A stretch of 53,115 bases of DNA from an uncultured Rhodospirillales bacterium (GTDB lineage Bacteria > Pseudomonadota > Alphaproteobacteria > CACIAM-22H2): NCBI GenBank assembly GCA_903860935.1, contig CAIOSQ010000436.1:1-53115 (forward strand), written 5' to 3'. A model generated the notes under the pieces. The model did not search any database, was not told where the DNA came from, and worked only from the letters and a program-made list of their open reading frames with translations. Positions within the stretch are counted from its first letter, which is position 1. The number at the start of each line of letters is the position of its first letter. Of this stretch, positions 1-11,728 are shown piece by piece. The position numbers and the translations under genes were made by a program.

Positions 1-3000
1 CCTCGCGGCGACCGGCCGCGTGCAGCAGCCGCGCGCGCGCGCCATGGTCGGCAGCGCGGCCAGGTTCCAGGGAGACCGCACGCTGCCATGCCGCGATCGC
101 CGCGTCGGCGTGCCCGAGGCGCTGCGACAGCATCGCCAGATTGCGCCACGCCTCGGCATCGCCCGGCGCCGCCGCGACGGCACGCTCCATCGCCGCAAGC
201 GCTGCCTCGGGCGCGCCGCGCGCCACGAGGAGCGCCGCGCGGATCTTGAGCGCGACCGGCGTGTCCGGAGCCTGCGCGAGGATCGCATCGGCACGGCGCA
301 GGGCGTCGTCCTGGTCGCCATGCCTGTAGGACCGCACGAGCCCGTCGATGTCCCCCCTGGAGGGCACCGCGCGGGCGGGAACCGGCGGCTTGACGCCAGC
401 CCGCGAACCGATCCAGGCCGCAAGATCGCCTGCCACCCGCGCCAGGACGCCGTCCCAGTCGCCAGGGCGCTCCTGGCGGTAGAGCCGCGCCGTCGGATAC
501 CAGGGACTGTCGGTGCGATCGCTCAGCCAGCGCCAGTCGGCCGCGAAGGGCAGCAGGATCCACACCGGCCGGCCAAGCGCGCCGGCGAGATGGGCCACCG
601 ATGTGTCGACGGCGATCACCAGGTCGCAGGACGCACAGAGCGCCGCGGTATCCGCGAAATCGGTCAGGCGTGCGCCGGCATGCGCGAGTTGCGGCAGGCT
701 GTCGAGCGTCGCGCGATCCTCCGGCCGGACATCGCGCTGAAGGCTCACCCACGTCGCCCGTGCATCGAACAGCGTCGCGAGACGCGCCAGGGCGAGGCTG
801 CGGTTGCGGTCGTTGGCGTGGATGGGATTGCCGCTCCACGCGACGCCGATGCGCGGTGTCGCCCCGCCCAGGGGCAGGTCCGACCACGCCGCGATGGCCG
901 ATGCCGGTACGCGCAGATAGGGCACCATGGCCGGGATCGTCGCAAGCCGCGTCCCAAGCACCGCCGGCAGGCTCATCAGCGGGCAGTGCAGATCGAAGGC
1001 CGCATCGCCGAGCGGCGCGCTCGTGGCCACCGCCCGGGCCACGCCGTCGAGCCCCTCGCAAAGCCGCACGAGCGCGGGATCGATCTCGGCGATGACCGTC
1101 GCGCCACGTGCGGCGAGAAGCGGCGCGAAGCGCAGAAACATGATCTGGTCGCCGATGCCCTGCTCGCCGACGAGCAGCAGACGACGTCCTTCCAGCGGCT
1201 CCGCACCCGTCCATCGCGGCCGCGCCGTGACGCGCGGCGGCGGCGCGCCGGGACGCTGCCAGCGGCTCTCATGGGCCTGCCAGCCCTCATCGAGCCGCCC
1301 CAGCGCCAGAAGGGCCAACGCCCGGTTGTAGCGGGCCTGCCCATGACGCGGATCCAGCGCGACGGCGCGTTCGTAGGCCTCGACCGCCGCACCGGTCCGG
1401 CCCATGGCCCGCAGCACCAATCCGCGATTGCAATGCGCGTCGGCGAAATCCGGCTGCAAGGCGATCGCGCGATCGCAGGCGGCGAGCGCCTCGACCAGTT
1501 GTCCGCGCTTTTCGAGCAGCAGGCCGCGCGCGGCGTGGGCGTGTGCGCCGGCCGGCCGGAGCACGATCGCACGATCGAAACAGGCGAGTGCTTCGTCGGC
1601 GCGCTTCATCCGCACCAGCACGGCGCCACGATTGAACCACGCCCCGGCATCGTCCGGCCGCTCAGCGATGCTGTCCTCGAAACAGGCCAGCGCCGCATCG
1701 AGGCGTCCGGCATTCACCAGGGCGAGGCCGCGCAGGTCGCGCGTGACGGCGGGATCCGGATCGCGGGCCAGCGCGCGATCGCCGACGGGGCTCTTGCGCA
1801 GTTCCCCCGCGTCCATGCCCAGGACCCTGCCACCGCCCCCGGCCGTGGCCCGCGCGTCGATCCAGGCCGCGAGATCGTCCGCCACCCGCGCCAGGATTCC
1901 ATCCCAGTCGCCGGGGCGCTCCTGGCGATGGAGCCGTGCCGTCGGATACCAGGGGCTGTCGACGCGATCGTGCAGCCAGCGCCAGTCGGCATTGAACGGC
2001 AGGAGGATCCACAACGGACGGCCAAGCGCCCCGGCGAGATGCGCCACCGATGTGTCGACGGCGATCACGAGGTCGCAGGCCGCGCAGAGCGCCGCGGTGT
2101 CGGTGAAATCGGCAAGCGCCGCACCGGAATGGCGCAGTTGCGGCAGGGCGTGGAGCGCCGCGCGGTCGCTGTCGCGCAGCTCGCGCTGCAGACCGATCCA
2201 CTCCACCGGCGCGCCGAGAAGCGCACTCAGGCGGGCGAGTGGAATGCTGCGCCGCGCGTCGTTGGCGTGGGCAGGATTGCCGCTCCAGGCGATCCCGACG
2301 CGTGGTCGCGACGCAGGGCCGAGCGTCGCCGCCCACCGCGCCCGCGCCGGCTCCGGCACGCGCAGATAAGGGATGCCCGCCGGGATGGTCGATAACTCGG
2401 TGCCGAGCACGGTCGGCAGGCTCATCAGCGGACAGTGGAGGTCGAAGGCCTCGTCGGGCACCGGCGCATCGCTGCGTACCACCCGCGCGACGCCGGCGAG
2501 TCCCTCCAGCAGCGGCGCGAGGCGTGGCGCCGTCTCCAGCAGGACCCGCGCGCCACGCGCCGCCACCTGCGCGGCGAAACGCGCGAACTGGATCTGGTCG
2601 CCCAGGCCCTGCTCGCCCCAGAGCAGGATCGTCCGGCCCGCGATCTCCTGCCCGGGCGCACCGGTCCAGCGCGGTCTGGACGTGGTACGCGGCATCGGAG
2701 CACCGTGGATGTTCCAGCGCCGCTCGTGCAGCGCCCAACCCTCGCGCATCCGCCCGAGCGAGAGCAGAGCAAGCGAGCGGTTCCATTCGGCGCCGATGTC
2801 GCCGGGCGCGAGGGCGAGGGCGCGATCATAGCTGTCCAGCGCCTCCGCGAAGCGGCGCAGATCGACCAGGATCGCACCGCGGTTGGCATGCGCCTCGGCA
2901 TAGGCGGGGCGCAGGGCGAGCGCGCGATCGATCGCCGTCAGCGCCTCCGCGAAACACCCGCGCTCCTCGAGGATGACGGCGCGGTTGTTGTGCGCCTCCG

Positions 3001-3670
3001 CATCGTCGGGCCGCAGCGCGACCGCCCGGTCGAGCGCCGCGAGCGCCTCTTCCAGCCGCCCAAGCTCTTTCAGGGCGACACCGAGATTCCGGTAAGCGGC
3101 GCCGTGCCCCGGCGCGCGCGCGATCGCCGCGCGGTGGCATGCCTCCGCGTCAGCCGGACGGTCGCGCAGCTGGAGCGTGACGCCCAGGGCATGATGGTTC
3201 TCCGCTTCCGCGGGCGCGAGATGCACGGCGGTGCGGCCATGCGTCTCGGCCTCCTCGAGGAGGCCGGCCTCGCGCAGCAGCGCGCCGAGATGGCGATAGG
3301 ACGGCGCATGATCCGGCGCCAGGACGAGCGCCACGCGAAAGGATCCGATCGCCGCCTCGCGCGCGCCGGCGCGCTGGAGCAGGGCGGCGAGATTGCGATG
3401 CGCCTCGGCATCGCGCGGCGCGAGCTCCGTGGCGCGCCGCGCCGCCGCGATCGCCTCCGCGAGCGTCCCCACCGTCCCCAGGCTCGCGGCCAGGATCTTC
3501 CACGCCAGCGCGGCACCCGGATACGCCGCGACGATCTCGCGCGCGGACGCGATGGCGGCGTCATGGTCGCCCCCCGAGAACGCGCGCAGCAAGGCATCGC
3601 GCGCCGCCTTCGACGGCCCCGCCCGCCGCGCACTGACCTCGAGCGTCGTCGCTCCCGTCACCGCATCCAT
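1..3670 (-). CDS. Multi-module TPR-repeat / GT9-like (heptosyltransferase-fold) glycosyltransferase, partial (C-terminus lies beyond the left window edge)
   Basis: From my own reverse-complement translation. ATG at 3670-3668 has AGGA about 5 nt upstream; an alternative GTG lies at 3724, after the in-frame TAG at 3739-3737. I found no in-frame stop down to base 2, and the frame was re-checked at about 2458, 1678 and 358. The ORF is missing from the supplied track because it has no stop inside the window. It reads MDAVTGATTLEVSARRAG..., then TPR units (DAEAHRNLAALLQRAG...), then GEQGLGDQIQFARF...CPLMSLP...VGIAWSGNPAHANDARRSIPL...DLVIAVDTSVAHLAGALGRPLWILLPFNADWRWL...SPWYPTARLHRQERPGDWD. A second TPR+GT unit follows, then a third TPR block at the edge. 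Confidence 0.75.
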   Translation of the reverse strand, partial: MDAVTGATTLEVSARRAGPSKAARDALLRAFSGGDHDAAIASAREIVAAYPGAALAWKILAASLGTVGTLAEAIAAARRATELAPRDAEAHRNLAALLQRAGAREAAIGSFRVALVLAPDHAPSYRHLGALLREAGLLEEAETHGRTAVHLAPAEAENHHALGVTLQLRDRPADAEACHRAAIARAPGHGAAYRNLGVALKELGRLEEALAALDRAVALRPDDAEAHNNRAVILEERGCFAEALTAIDRALALRPAYAEAHANRGAILVDLRRFAEALDSYDRALALAPGDIGAEWNRSLALLSLGRMREGWALHERRWNIHGAPMPRTTSRPRWTGAPGQEIAGRTILLWGEQGLGDQIQFARFAAQVAARGARVLLETAPRLAPLLEGLAGVARVVRSDAPVPDEAFDLHCPLMSLPTVLGTELSTIPAGIPYLRVPEPARARWAATLGPASRPRVGIAWSGNPAHANDARRSIPLARLSALLGAPVEWIGLQRELRDSDRAALHALPQLRHSGAALADFTDTAALCAACDLVIAVDTSVAHLAGALGRPLWILLPFNADWRWLHDRVDSPWYPTARLHRQERPGDWDGILARVADDLAAWIDARATAGGGGRVLGMDAGELRKSPVGDRALARDPDPAVTRDLRGLALVNAGRLDAALACFEDSIAERPDDAGAWFNRGAVLVRMKRADEALACFDRAIVLRPAGAHAHAARGLLLEKRGQLVEALAACDRAIALQPDFADAHCNRGLVLRAMGRTGAAVEAYERAVALDPRHGQARYNRALALLALGRLDEGWQAHESRWQRPGAPPPRVTARPRWTGAEPLEGRRLLLVGEQGIGDQIMFLRFAPLLAARGATVIAEIDPALVRLCEGLDGVARAVATSAPLGDAAFDLHCPLMSLPAVLGTRLATIPAMVPYLRVPASAIAAWSDLPLGGATPRIGVAWSGNPIHANDRNRSLALARLATLFDARATWVSLQRDVRPEDRATLDSLPQLAHAGARLTDFADTAALCASCDLVIAVDTSVAHLAGALGRPVWILLPFAADWRWLSDRTDSPWYPTARLYRQERPGDWDGVLARVAGDLAAWIGSRAGVKPPVPARAVPSRGDIDGLVRSYRHGDQDDALRRADAILAQAPDTPVALKIRAALLVARGAPEAALAAMERAVAAAPGDAEAWRNLAMLSQRLGHADAAIAAWQRAVSLEPGRAADHGARARLLHAAGRRE
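400..2750 (-). repeat. In-frame tandem duplication of the GT9-like module inside the TPR/GT gene (period 1449 bp = 483 codons)
   Basis: Direct alignment: atccaggccgcaagatcgcc at 411 matches atccaggccgcgagatcgtcc at 1860. ctcatcagcgggcagtgcag at 972 matches ctcatcagcggacagtggag at 2421. Both pairs are offset by exactly 1449 bp. The shadow ORF 20..2395 shows the same two-fold repetition. Confidence 0.85.
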
Positions 3671-3859
3671 CCTCGTCCTGGCGCCGCCGCCCGCGGGCGT
3701 CCCTCGCCGCGCGGGCCCACACACCCGCTTCGAAGTCTAGCGACGTATGCGCGACAAGTGCAGCGCGGCCCGCGCGGCCCTCCGGTTCCCCTGGCGCGCG
3801 CGGCGATGCTACGGTCATACCCTCGTTCATCCCGACATAGCAGCGAGCGCGCCCGCATC

Positions 3860-5668
3860 ATGGCCTCCCCCTCCTTCACCACCCGCCCCGAGATCATGGG
3901 GACGTTCGGCGTCGTCTCCTCGACGCACTGGATCGCCAGCCAGGTCGGCATGGGCGTGCTCGAGAAAGGCGGCAACGCCTTCGATGCGGCGGTCGCCGCG
4001 GGTTTCGTCCTGCTGGTCGTCGAGCCTCACATGAACGGGCTCGGCGGCGATGCCGTGATCCTGGTCAAGCCGGCCGGAGACGCCTCCCCGACGGCGATCT
4101 GCGGCCAGGGACCGGCGCCAGCAGGCGCGACGCTGGCGCATTACCGCTCGCTCGGCATCGACGTCATCCCTGGCAACGGGCTGCTCGCGGCCTGCGTGCC
4201 CGGCGCCTTCGACGCCTGGATGAAGATGCTGCGCGACCACGGTACGCTGACGCTGGCCGAGGCGCTGCAGCCGGCCATCGCCTATGCCGCGGAGGGCCAT
4301 CCGCTCTGTGCCGGCGCGGCCGGCGCGATCGCCGGCATGGCCGATTTCTTCGCCGAAGAGTGGCCGAGTTCGGCCGCGCTCTGGCTGCCCGGTGGCACTG
4401 CACCGAAACCCGGCGCGATCCACCGCAATCCCGATCTCGCCAAGACACTGGCGCGGCTGGTGCGGCTCGGCGCCCAGGCCGGCCCCGATCGCGAGGCCCA
4501 GATCGACGCCGCGCGCCGCGCCTACTATGCCGGTTTCGTGGCCGAGACGATCGAGGCCTTCGCCACGCGTACCGAGGTGCTCGACGCCAGCGGACGGCGC
4601 CATCGCGGCGTGCTGCACGCCGCCGACATGGCCGCGTGGAGTGCTGCGAGCGAGCCCTGCGCCAGCGTCTCTTATCGCGGCTGGGAGGTCTTCAAGGCCG
4701 GCCCCTGGAGCCAGGGCCCGGTGATGCTGCAGGCGCTCAAGCTGCTCGAGGGCTTCGACATCGGCGCGATGGACACGCTGGGCGCGGAGTTCGTGCATAC
4801 GCTGGTCGAGGCCAAGAAGCTCGCCTATGCCGATCGCGAGGCCTGGTACGGCGAGCCCGTCGGCGGCGACGTCCCGCTGGCCGCGCTGCTGTCCGACGCC
4901 TATGCCGCGCAGCGCCGCGCGCTGATCGGCGCCACGGCCTCGCGCGACATGCGTCCCGGATCGCCGGATGGCCGCGAAGCGCCGTTCCCCGCCTATCGCC
5001 TCGCCGACGGCACAGCCATCGCTGGCATCGGCGAGCCCGCGCGCATCGAACAGGAAAGCCAGGAGCGCCCGGCGACGCGCGGTCCTGCGGAAGGCGATAC
5101 CTGCCATCTCGACGTCGTCGATCGCTGGGGCAACGTCGTCGCCGCCACGCCGTCGGGCGGCTGGATGCAATCCTCGCCCACGATCCCCGGGCTCGGCTTC
5201 TGCCTCGGCACGCGCACGCAGATGTTCTGGATGCAGGAGGGCCTGCCCTCGACCCTGCGAGCCGGCGCGCGGCCGCGCACGACGCTGACCCCGACCATCG
5301 CGCGCAAGGGCGACACGGTCATGGCCTTCGGATCGCCCGGCGGCGACAATCAGGACCAGTGGATCCTGCAGTTCTTCCTGCGCCACGCCGATCACGGGCT
5401 CAACCTGCAGGCCGCGATCGACGCGCCGCAGCTGCAATGCGACCACTGGCCGAATTCCTTCTATCCGCGCCACGCGGCGCCGGCGAAGCTGCAGCTCGAA
5501 GGACGGTTCCCGCGCGACACCGTGGCCGCACTCGAACGCCGCGGCCACGAGGTCAAGCTGGTGGGCGACTGGTCGCTGGGCCGCAACTGCGCCGCCTCCA
5601 CCGATGGCCGCATCCTGCGCGCCGCCGCGACGCCGCGGCTGCAGCAGGCCTACGCCGTCGGCCGCTGA
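3860..5668 (+). CDS. Gamma-glutamyltransferase family protein (no obvious signal peptide)
   Basis: This is the C-terminal 602 aa of track ORF 2435..5668, starting at the internal ATG 3860 (MASPSFTTRPEIMGTFGVVSSTHW...). GGT-like motifs: GLGGDAVILV and the nucleophile region GDTCHLDVVDRWGNVVAATPSGG. The upstream 475 aa of the track ORF is the antisense shadow of the TPR gene. Confidence 0.85.
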   Translation: MASPSFTTRPEIMGTFGVVSSTHWIASQVGMGVLEKGGNAFDAAVAAGFVLLVVEPHMNGLGGDAVILVKPAGDASPTAICGQGPAPAGATLAHYRSLGIDVIPGNGLLAACVPGAFDAWMKMLRDHGTLTLAEALQPAIAYAAEGHPLCAGAAGAIAGMADFFAEEWPSSAALWLPGGTAPKPGAIHRNPDLAKTLARLVRLGAQAGPDREAQIDAARRAYYAGFVAETIEAFATRTEVLDASGRRHRGVLHAADMAAWSAASEPCASVSYRGWEVFKAGPWSQGPVMLQALKLLEGFDIGAMDTLGAEFVHTLVEAKKLAYADREAWYGEPVGGDVPLAALLSDAYAAQRRALIGATASRDMRPGSPDGREAPFPAYRLADGTAIAGIGEPARIEQESQERPATRGPAEGDTCHLDVVDRWGNVVAATPSGGWMQSSPTIPGLGFCLGTRTQMFWMQEGLPSTLRAGARPRTTLTPTIARKGDTVMAFGSPGGDNQDQWILQFFLRHADHGLNLQAAIDAPQLQCDHWPNSFYPRHAAPAKLQLEGRFPRDTVAALERRGHEVKLVGDWSLGRNCAASTDGRILRAAATPRLQQAYAVGR

Positions 5669-5693
5669 ACGGCGCGCGGGGAAAAGACTCGCC

Positions 5694-7199
5694 ATGACCG
5701 GCGCCCTCGCCGCTTGCGTCCCCATCGCCATCATCGGCGCCGGAACGATGGGAACAGGCATCGCGCAGCTCGCCTGCCTGGCCGGGCATCGCACGATCCT
5801 GATCGGCACGCCGCCCGAGACGCTCGACGCCGCGCGGCGCGCGATCGCCGCGGGGCTGGAGATCCTCGTCGGCAAGGGCAAGCTGTCGGCGGCTGCGCGC
5901 GACGCCGCGCTGGGTCGGCTCGAGACCTCCGGCGACATCGCGGCCGCCTCGCCCGCCGGCCTCGCCATCGAGGCGGTGCCGGAGGACATGGACCTCAAGC
6001 ATCGCGTGCTGCTGGCGCTCGAGGCGGCGATGGCGCCCGCGGCGCTTCTCGCCTCCAACACCTCGGCGCTTTCGCTTGCCGCGATGGCGCGGCCGCTGGC
6101 CCGGCCGCAGCGCTTCTGCGGCCTGCATTTCTTCAACCCCGCCCAGATCCTGCCGCTGGTCGAAGTGGTCGACGCGCCACTCACCGATCCCGCGATCTGC
6201 GATATCGGCGTCGCGACCATGCGCGCCTGGGGCAAGACCCCGATACGTTGCCGCTCCACGCCGGGCTTCGTCGTCAACCGCTGCGCGCGCGCCTTCTACG
6301 CCGAGGCGCTGCGCACGCTGGCCGAGCGCGCCGCCGATCCCGCGACGATCGACGCGGTGATGCGCGAGAGCGGCGGGTTCCGCATGGGGCCCTGCGAGCT
6401 GATGGACATGATCGGCCACGACATCAATGTCGCCGCTACCGCCTCGCTCTCCGCCGCGACCTTCGGCGATCCGCGCTATCGCGGCTCGCCCATCCAGAAG
6501 GAGATGGTCGAGGCCGGGCTGCTGGGGCGCAAGACCGGGCGCGGGTTCTACGATCACGCAAAAGGCGCGCAAAAGCCGCCGCCAGCCACCGCGACGCCTG
6601 GCCCGCGACCGCGCAGCGTGCGCGTGCTGGGCGATCTCGGCCCGGCCGCCGCGCTGTCCGCGCGCGCCGTGAAGGCCGGGCTCGCGGTCCATTGCACGTC
6701 CGGCGACGGGCGCATCGTCGTCGACGGCATCCATCTCGCGCCGAGCGATGGGCGCCCCGCCACCCTGCGCGGCGATGTCGACGTGGTCTTCGACCTCGCG
6801 CTCGACGCCGCCACGCAGACGCGCGCGGCGATCGCGGCCAGCGACACCGCGCTGGCCGGAGCCGCAGAGGTCGCAGCCGGGTTCTTCCAGGCGCTTGGCA
6901 TCGCAGTCAGCGTCGTCGACGACATGCCGGGCCTCGTGGTCCTGCGCACGGTCGCCTGCCTCGCCAACGAGGCGCTGGACGCCGCGCAGACCGGCGTGGC
7001 CAGCGAAGCGGATATCGACCTCGCGATGACCAAGGGCGTCAGCTACCCGATCGGTCCGATCGCCTGGGCCGCGCGCATCGGCTTCGGCCGCGTGCTGGGC
7101 GCGCTCGACAATCTCCAGGACGTCACCGGCGACGACCGCTACCGCCCCTGCCTGCGCCTGCGCCGCCGCGCCGCGGCCGAGGTGGCGTGCCGCACCTAG
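5694..7199 (+). CDS. 3-hydroxyacyl-CoA dehydrogenase, PaaH-like long form
   Basis: Internal ATG at 5694 (MTGALAACVPIAIIGAGTMGTGIA, a Rossmann GxGxxG motif). Also NTSALS, GLHFFNPAQILPLVEVV, GFVVNR, and a second C-terminal 3HCDH-like repeat (GLVVLRTVACLANEALD...ADIDLAMTKGVSYPIGP). Confidence 0.85.
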   Translation: MTGALAACVPIAIIGAGTMGTGIAQLACLAGHRTILIGTPPETLDAARRAIAAGLEILVGKGKLSAAARDAALGRLETSGDIAAASPAGLAIEAVPEDMDLKHRVLLALEAAMAPAALLASNTSALSLAAMARPLARPQRFCGLHFFNPAQILPLVEVVDAPLTDPAICDIGVATMRAWGKTPIRCRSTPGFVVNRCARAFYAEALRTLAERAADPATIDAVMRESGGFRMGPCELMDMIGHDINVAATASLSAATFGDPRYRGSPIQKEMVEAGLLGRKTGRGFYDHAKGAQKPPPATATPGPRPRSVRVLGDLGPAAALSARAVKAGLAVHCTSGDGRIVVDGIHLAPSDGRPATLRGDVDVVFDLALDAATQTRAAIAASDTALAGAAEVAAGFFQALGIAVSVVDDMPGLVVLRTVACLANEALDAAQTGVASEADIDLAMTKGVSYPIGPIAWAARIGFGRVLGALDNLQDVTGDDRYRPCLRLRRRAAAEVACRT

Positions 7200-7208
7200 T
7201 TCCAACCC

Positions 7209-7268
7209 GGGACGGAGCCCGGATTACCCCGTTTGTTCCACCCCAGGCGGTAATCCAGGCTCCGTCCC
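7209..7268. repeat. REP-like long inverted repeat (20-bp arms, 19/20 paired, 20-nt loop) between the dehydrogenase and HCCA-isomerase genes
   Basis: Left arm gggacggagcccggattacc (7209-7228) pairs with right arm ggtaatccaggctccgtccc (7249-7268), with one C.A mismatch. No T-tract follows. Confidence 0.8.
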
Positions 7269-7289
7269 GCAGCGATCGCGAGGCGACGC

Positions 7290-7901
7290 ATGATGACGAC
7301 GGCCCCAGCGCCTGCCAGACGGCTCGACTGCTACATCTTCGTCGGCAGCACCTACAGCTTCCTGACCGCGCATCGCGCCGCGGCCTTTGCGGCCGCACAT
7401 GGCGTCGCGCTCGACTGGAAGCCGTTCAGCCTGCGCACGCTGCTGCGCGAGCAGGACAGCACGCCCTTCCTCGGCCGACCCGCGAAGACCGCCTATATGT
7501 GGCGCGACATCGAACGCCGCGCGGCGCGTTTCGGCATCCCCTTCGCGCGGCCCTCGCGCTACCCCGTCGATTCCGCGCAGCGCGCCAACCGCGTCGCGAC
7601 GTTGGCGGCGCGCGAGGGCTGGTGCGCCGAATTCCTGCGCGAAACCTACCGCACCTGGTTCCTCGAGGACCGCGATCCCGGCGATCCACAGGCGCTGGCA
7701 GAGACGCTGCGGCGCCTCGGCTGCCCCGAGGCCGTCGCCGCGCGGGCGGACGCACCGGACATCGCGGCGCAGTTCACGGCCAACACCGATGCGGCCCGCG
7801 CGCTCGGCATCTTCGGCGCGCCGAATTTCGTCTGCGACGGGGAGGTCTTCTGGGGCGACGACAGGCTAGAGGACGCGATCGCCTGGCGGCTGAGGACCTG
7901 A
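7290..7901 (+). CDS. 2-hydroxychromene-2-carboxylate isomerase / DsbA-like thioredoxin-fold protein
   Basis: 203-aa ORF. Family-typical features: LDCYIFVGSTYSFL, the WRDIERRAARFGIPF region, and the C-terminal GIFGAPNFVCDGEVFWGDDRLEDA. Confidence 0.8.
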   Translation: MMTTAPAPARRLDCYIFVGSTYSFLTAHRAAAFAAAHGVALDWKPFSLRTLLREQDSTPFLGRPAKTAYMWRDIERRAARFGIPFARPSRYPVDSAQRANRVATLAAREGWCAEFLRETYRTWFLEDRDPGDPQALAETLRRLGCPEAVAARADAPDIAAQFTANTDAARALGIFGAPNFVCDGEVFWGDDRLEDAIAWRLRT

Positions 7902-7955
7902 CACCAGCGACCTGGGCCCTTCGCAATTGGAGGCAATCCATGCTCTGAGCTACCC

Positions 7956-7991
7956 CCGGAATACCCCTTGGGGTAATTCGGGCTCCGTCCC
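7956..7991. repeat. Second copy of the REP-like 20-nt box, within an imperfect palindrome, at the convergent junction with queF
   Basis: ggtaattcgggctccgtccc (7972-7991) is 18/20 identical to the right arm at 7249-7268. ccggaatacccc / ggggtaattcgg (7956-7981) form an imperfect palindrome. Confidence 0.65.
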
Positions 7992-8000
7992 CGGTTGTTC

Positions 8001-10656
<2,656 letters not shown>

Positions 10657-10791
10657 CTAGCCGATGCGCGCGCGCCTCGCCATGGCGGCGCGGCCTTGCC
10701 TGTGGCATGGCACCACGCGGCTGCACATAGTGATGGCCTCTTGCGTCCGGCTGCGGACCGGGCGCCGGGCATCCCATACGAGGGCGGAACC

Positions 10792-11628
10792 ATGCGCAAC
10801 ACGACCACGATCGGCTTCATCGGCTTCGGAGAGGTCGGCCAGACCTTCGCGCGCGGCCTGCTCGCCTCGGGCGACCTGCATGTCGTCGCCTACGACATCC
10901 TGTTCGACGATACGGCGCGGCGCGCGGCGCATCTCGCGCGCACCGCGGCGGTCGGCGCGGTTCCCGCCGACAGCGCGGCCGCGGCGGCGCGCGACGCGCG
11001 CGTCGTCATCTCCGCGGTCACGGCCGATCAGGTCGAGGCGGTCGCCGCGGCGGCCGCCACCTATCTTTCGCCGGGCCAGTACTTCCTCGATGTGAACTCG
11101 GCATCGCCGGCGACCAAGTCGCGCGCCGCCGCGGTCGTCGAGGCCTGCGGCGCCCATTATGTCGAGGGCGCGGTGATGGCGGCAGTCCTCGGCCCGGGCC
11201 TGCGCGTCCCGATCCTCGCCGGTGGTCCGAAGGCCGAGGCGGTGGCCGCGCTCCTCAACCAATTGGGGATGAACCTGACCGCGGTGACGCGCGAACCGGG
11301 TCGCGCCTCCGCGATGAAGCTCTGCCGCAGCATCGTCATGAAGGGCTTCGAGGCGATGGTCCTGGACTGCGCCACCGCCGCGCGGCGCTGGGGCGTCGAG
11401 GCGGAGGTCTGGAACAGCCTGGGCGCCACCTACCCCGCCTTCGACTGGGCGAAGCTGGCCGAGGAGATGGAAGAGCGCGTCACCACGCACGGCATCCGCC
11501 GTGCCGCCGAGATGCGCGAAGCGGCCGCGATGCTTGCGGACCTGGGGCTCGATCCCACCCTCGCCATGGCGACCGCGACGCGCCACGAGCGCATCGCCCG
11601 TGCCGCCAAGGGAGCGCCCGAGGCGTGA
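10792..11628 (+). CDS. NAD(P)-dependent oxidoreductase (6-phosphogluconate-dehydrogenase-like NAD-binding domain plus C-terminal helical domain)
   Basis: Internal ATG at 10792 (MRNTTTIGFIGFGEVGQTFARGL). Shows a Rossmann motif and MKLCRSIVMKGFEAMV. The family call is generic. Confidence 0.7.
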   Translation: MRNTTTIGFIGFGEVGQTFARGLLASGDLHVVAYDILFDDTARRAAHLARTAAVGAVPADSAAAAARDARVVISAVTADQVEAVAAAAATYLSPGQYFLDVNSASPATKSRAAAVVEACGAHYVEGAVMAAVLGPGLRVPILAGGPKAEAVAALLNQLGMNLTAVTREPGRASAMKLCRSIVMKGFEAMVLDCATAARRWGVEAEVWNSLGATYPAFDWAKLAEEMEERVTTHGIRRAAEMREAAAMLADLGLDPTLAMATATRHERIARAAKGAPEA

Positions 11629-11728
11629 CCCGCGCGGCCGCGCGGAATGGCGGCGGTGCGACCGATCCTGGCGGATGTCGCGCGTGTCGTGCCAAGCTTC
11701 GGCGGTTGAACGCCGCAGGCGGAAAGGA

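Noticed and set aside
20-3859. Long plus-strand track ORFs 20..2395 (791 aa) and the first 475 codons of 2435..5668
   Set aside because: Their translations are Arg/Gly/Ala/Pro-rich with no motifs, and they lie exactly antisense to the well-structured TPR/GT9-like reading frame. They are typical shadow ORFs of GC-rich DNA. Only the part from ATG 3860 (the GGT-family gene) is credible.
3827-7205. Minus-strand ORFs 3827..6277 (816 aa) and 5553..7205 (550 aa)
   Set aside because: They are antisense to the gamma-glutamyltransferase and 3-hydroxyacyl-CoA dehydrogenase genes, both of which have clear family motifs. The minus-strand products are low-complexity Arg/Ala/Gly sequences.
7925-7960. tRNA-like fragment: the reverse complement reads tccgggggtagctcagagcatggattgcctccaattgcg, resembling an acceptor/D-arm
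   Set aside because: The D-arm is truncated. I can fold neither a proper anticodon stem nor a T-arm (GGTTCGAATCC-like), and there is no 3' acceptor complement. At best it is a degenerate remnant, and I cannot support a tRNA call.
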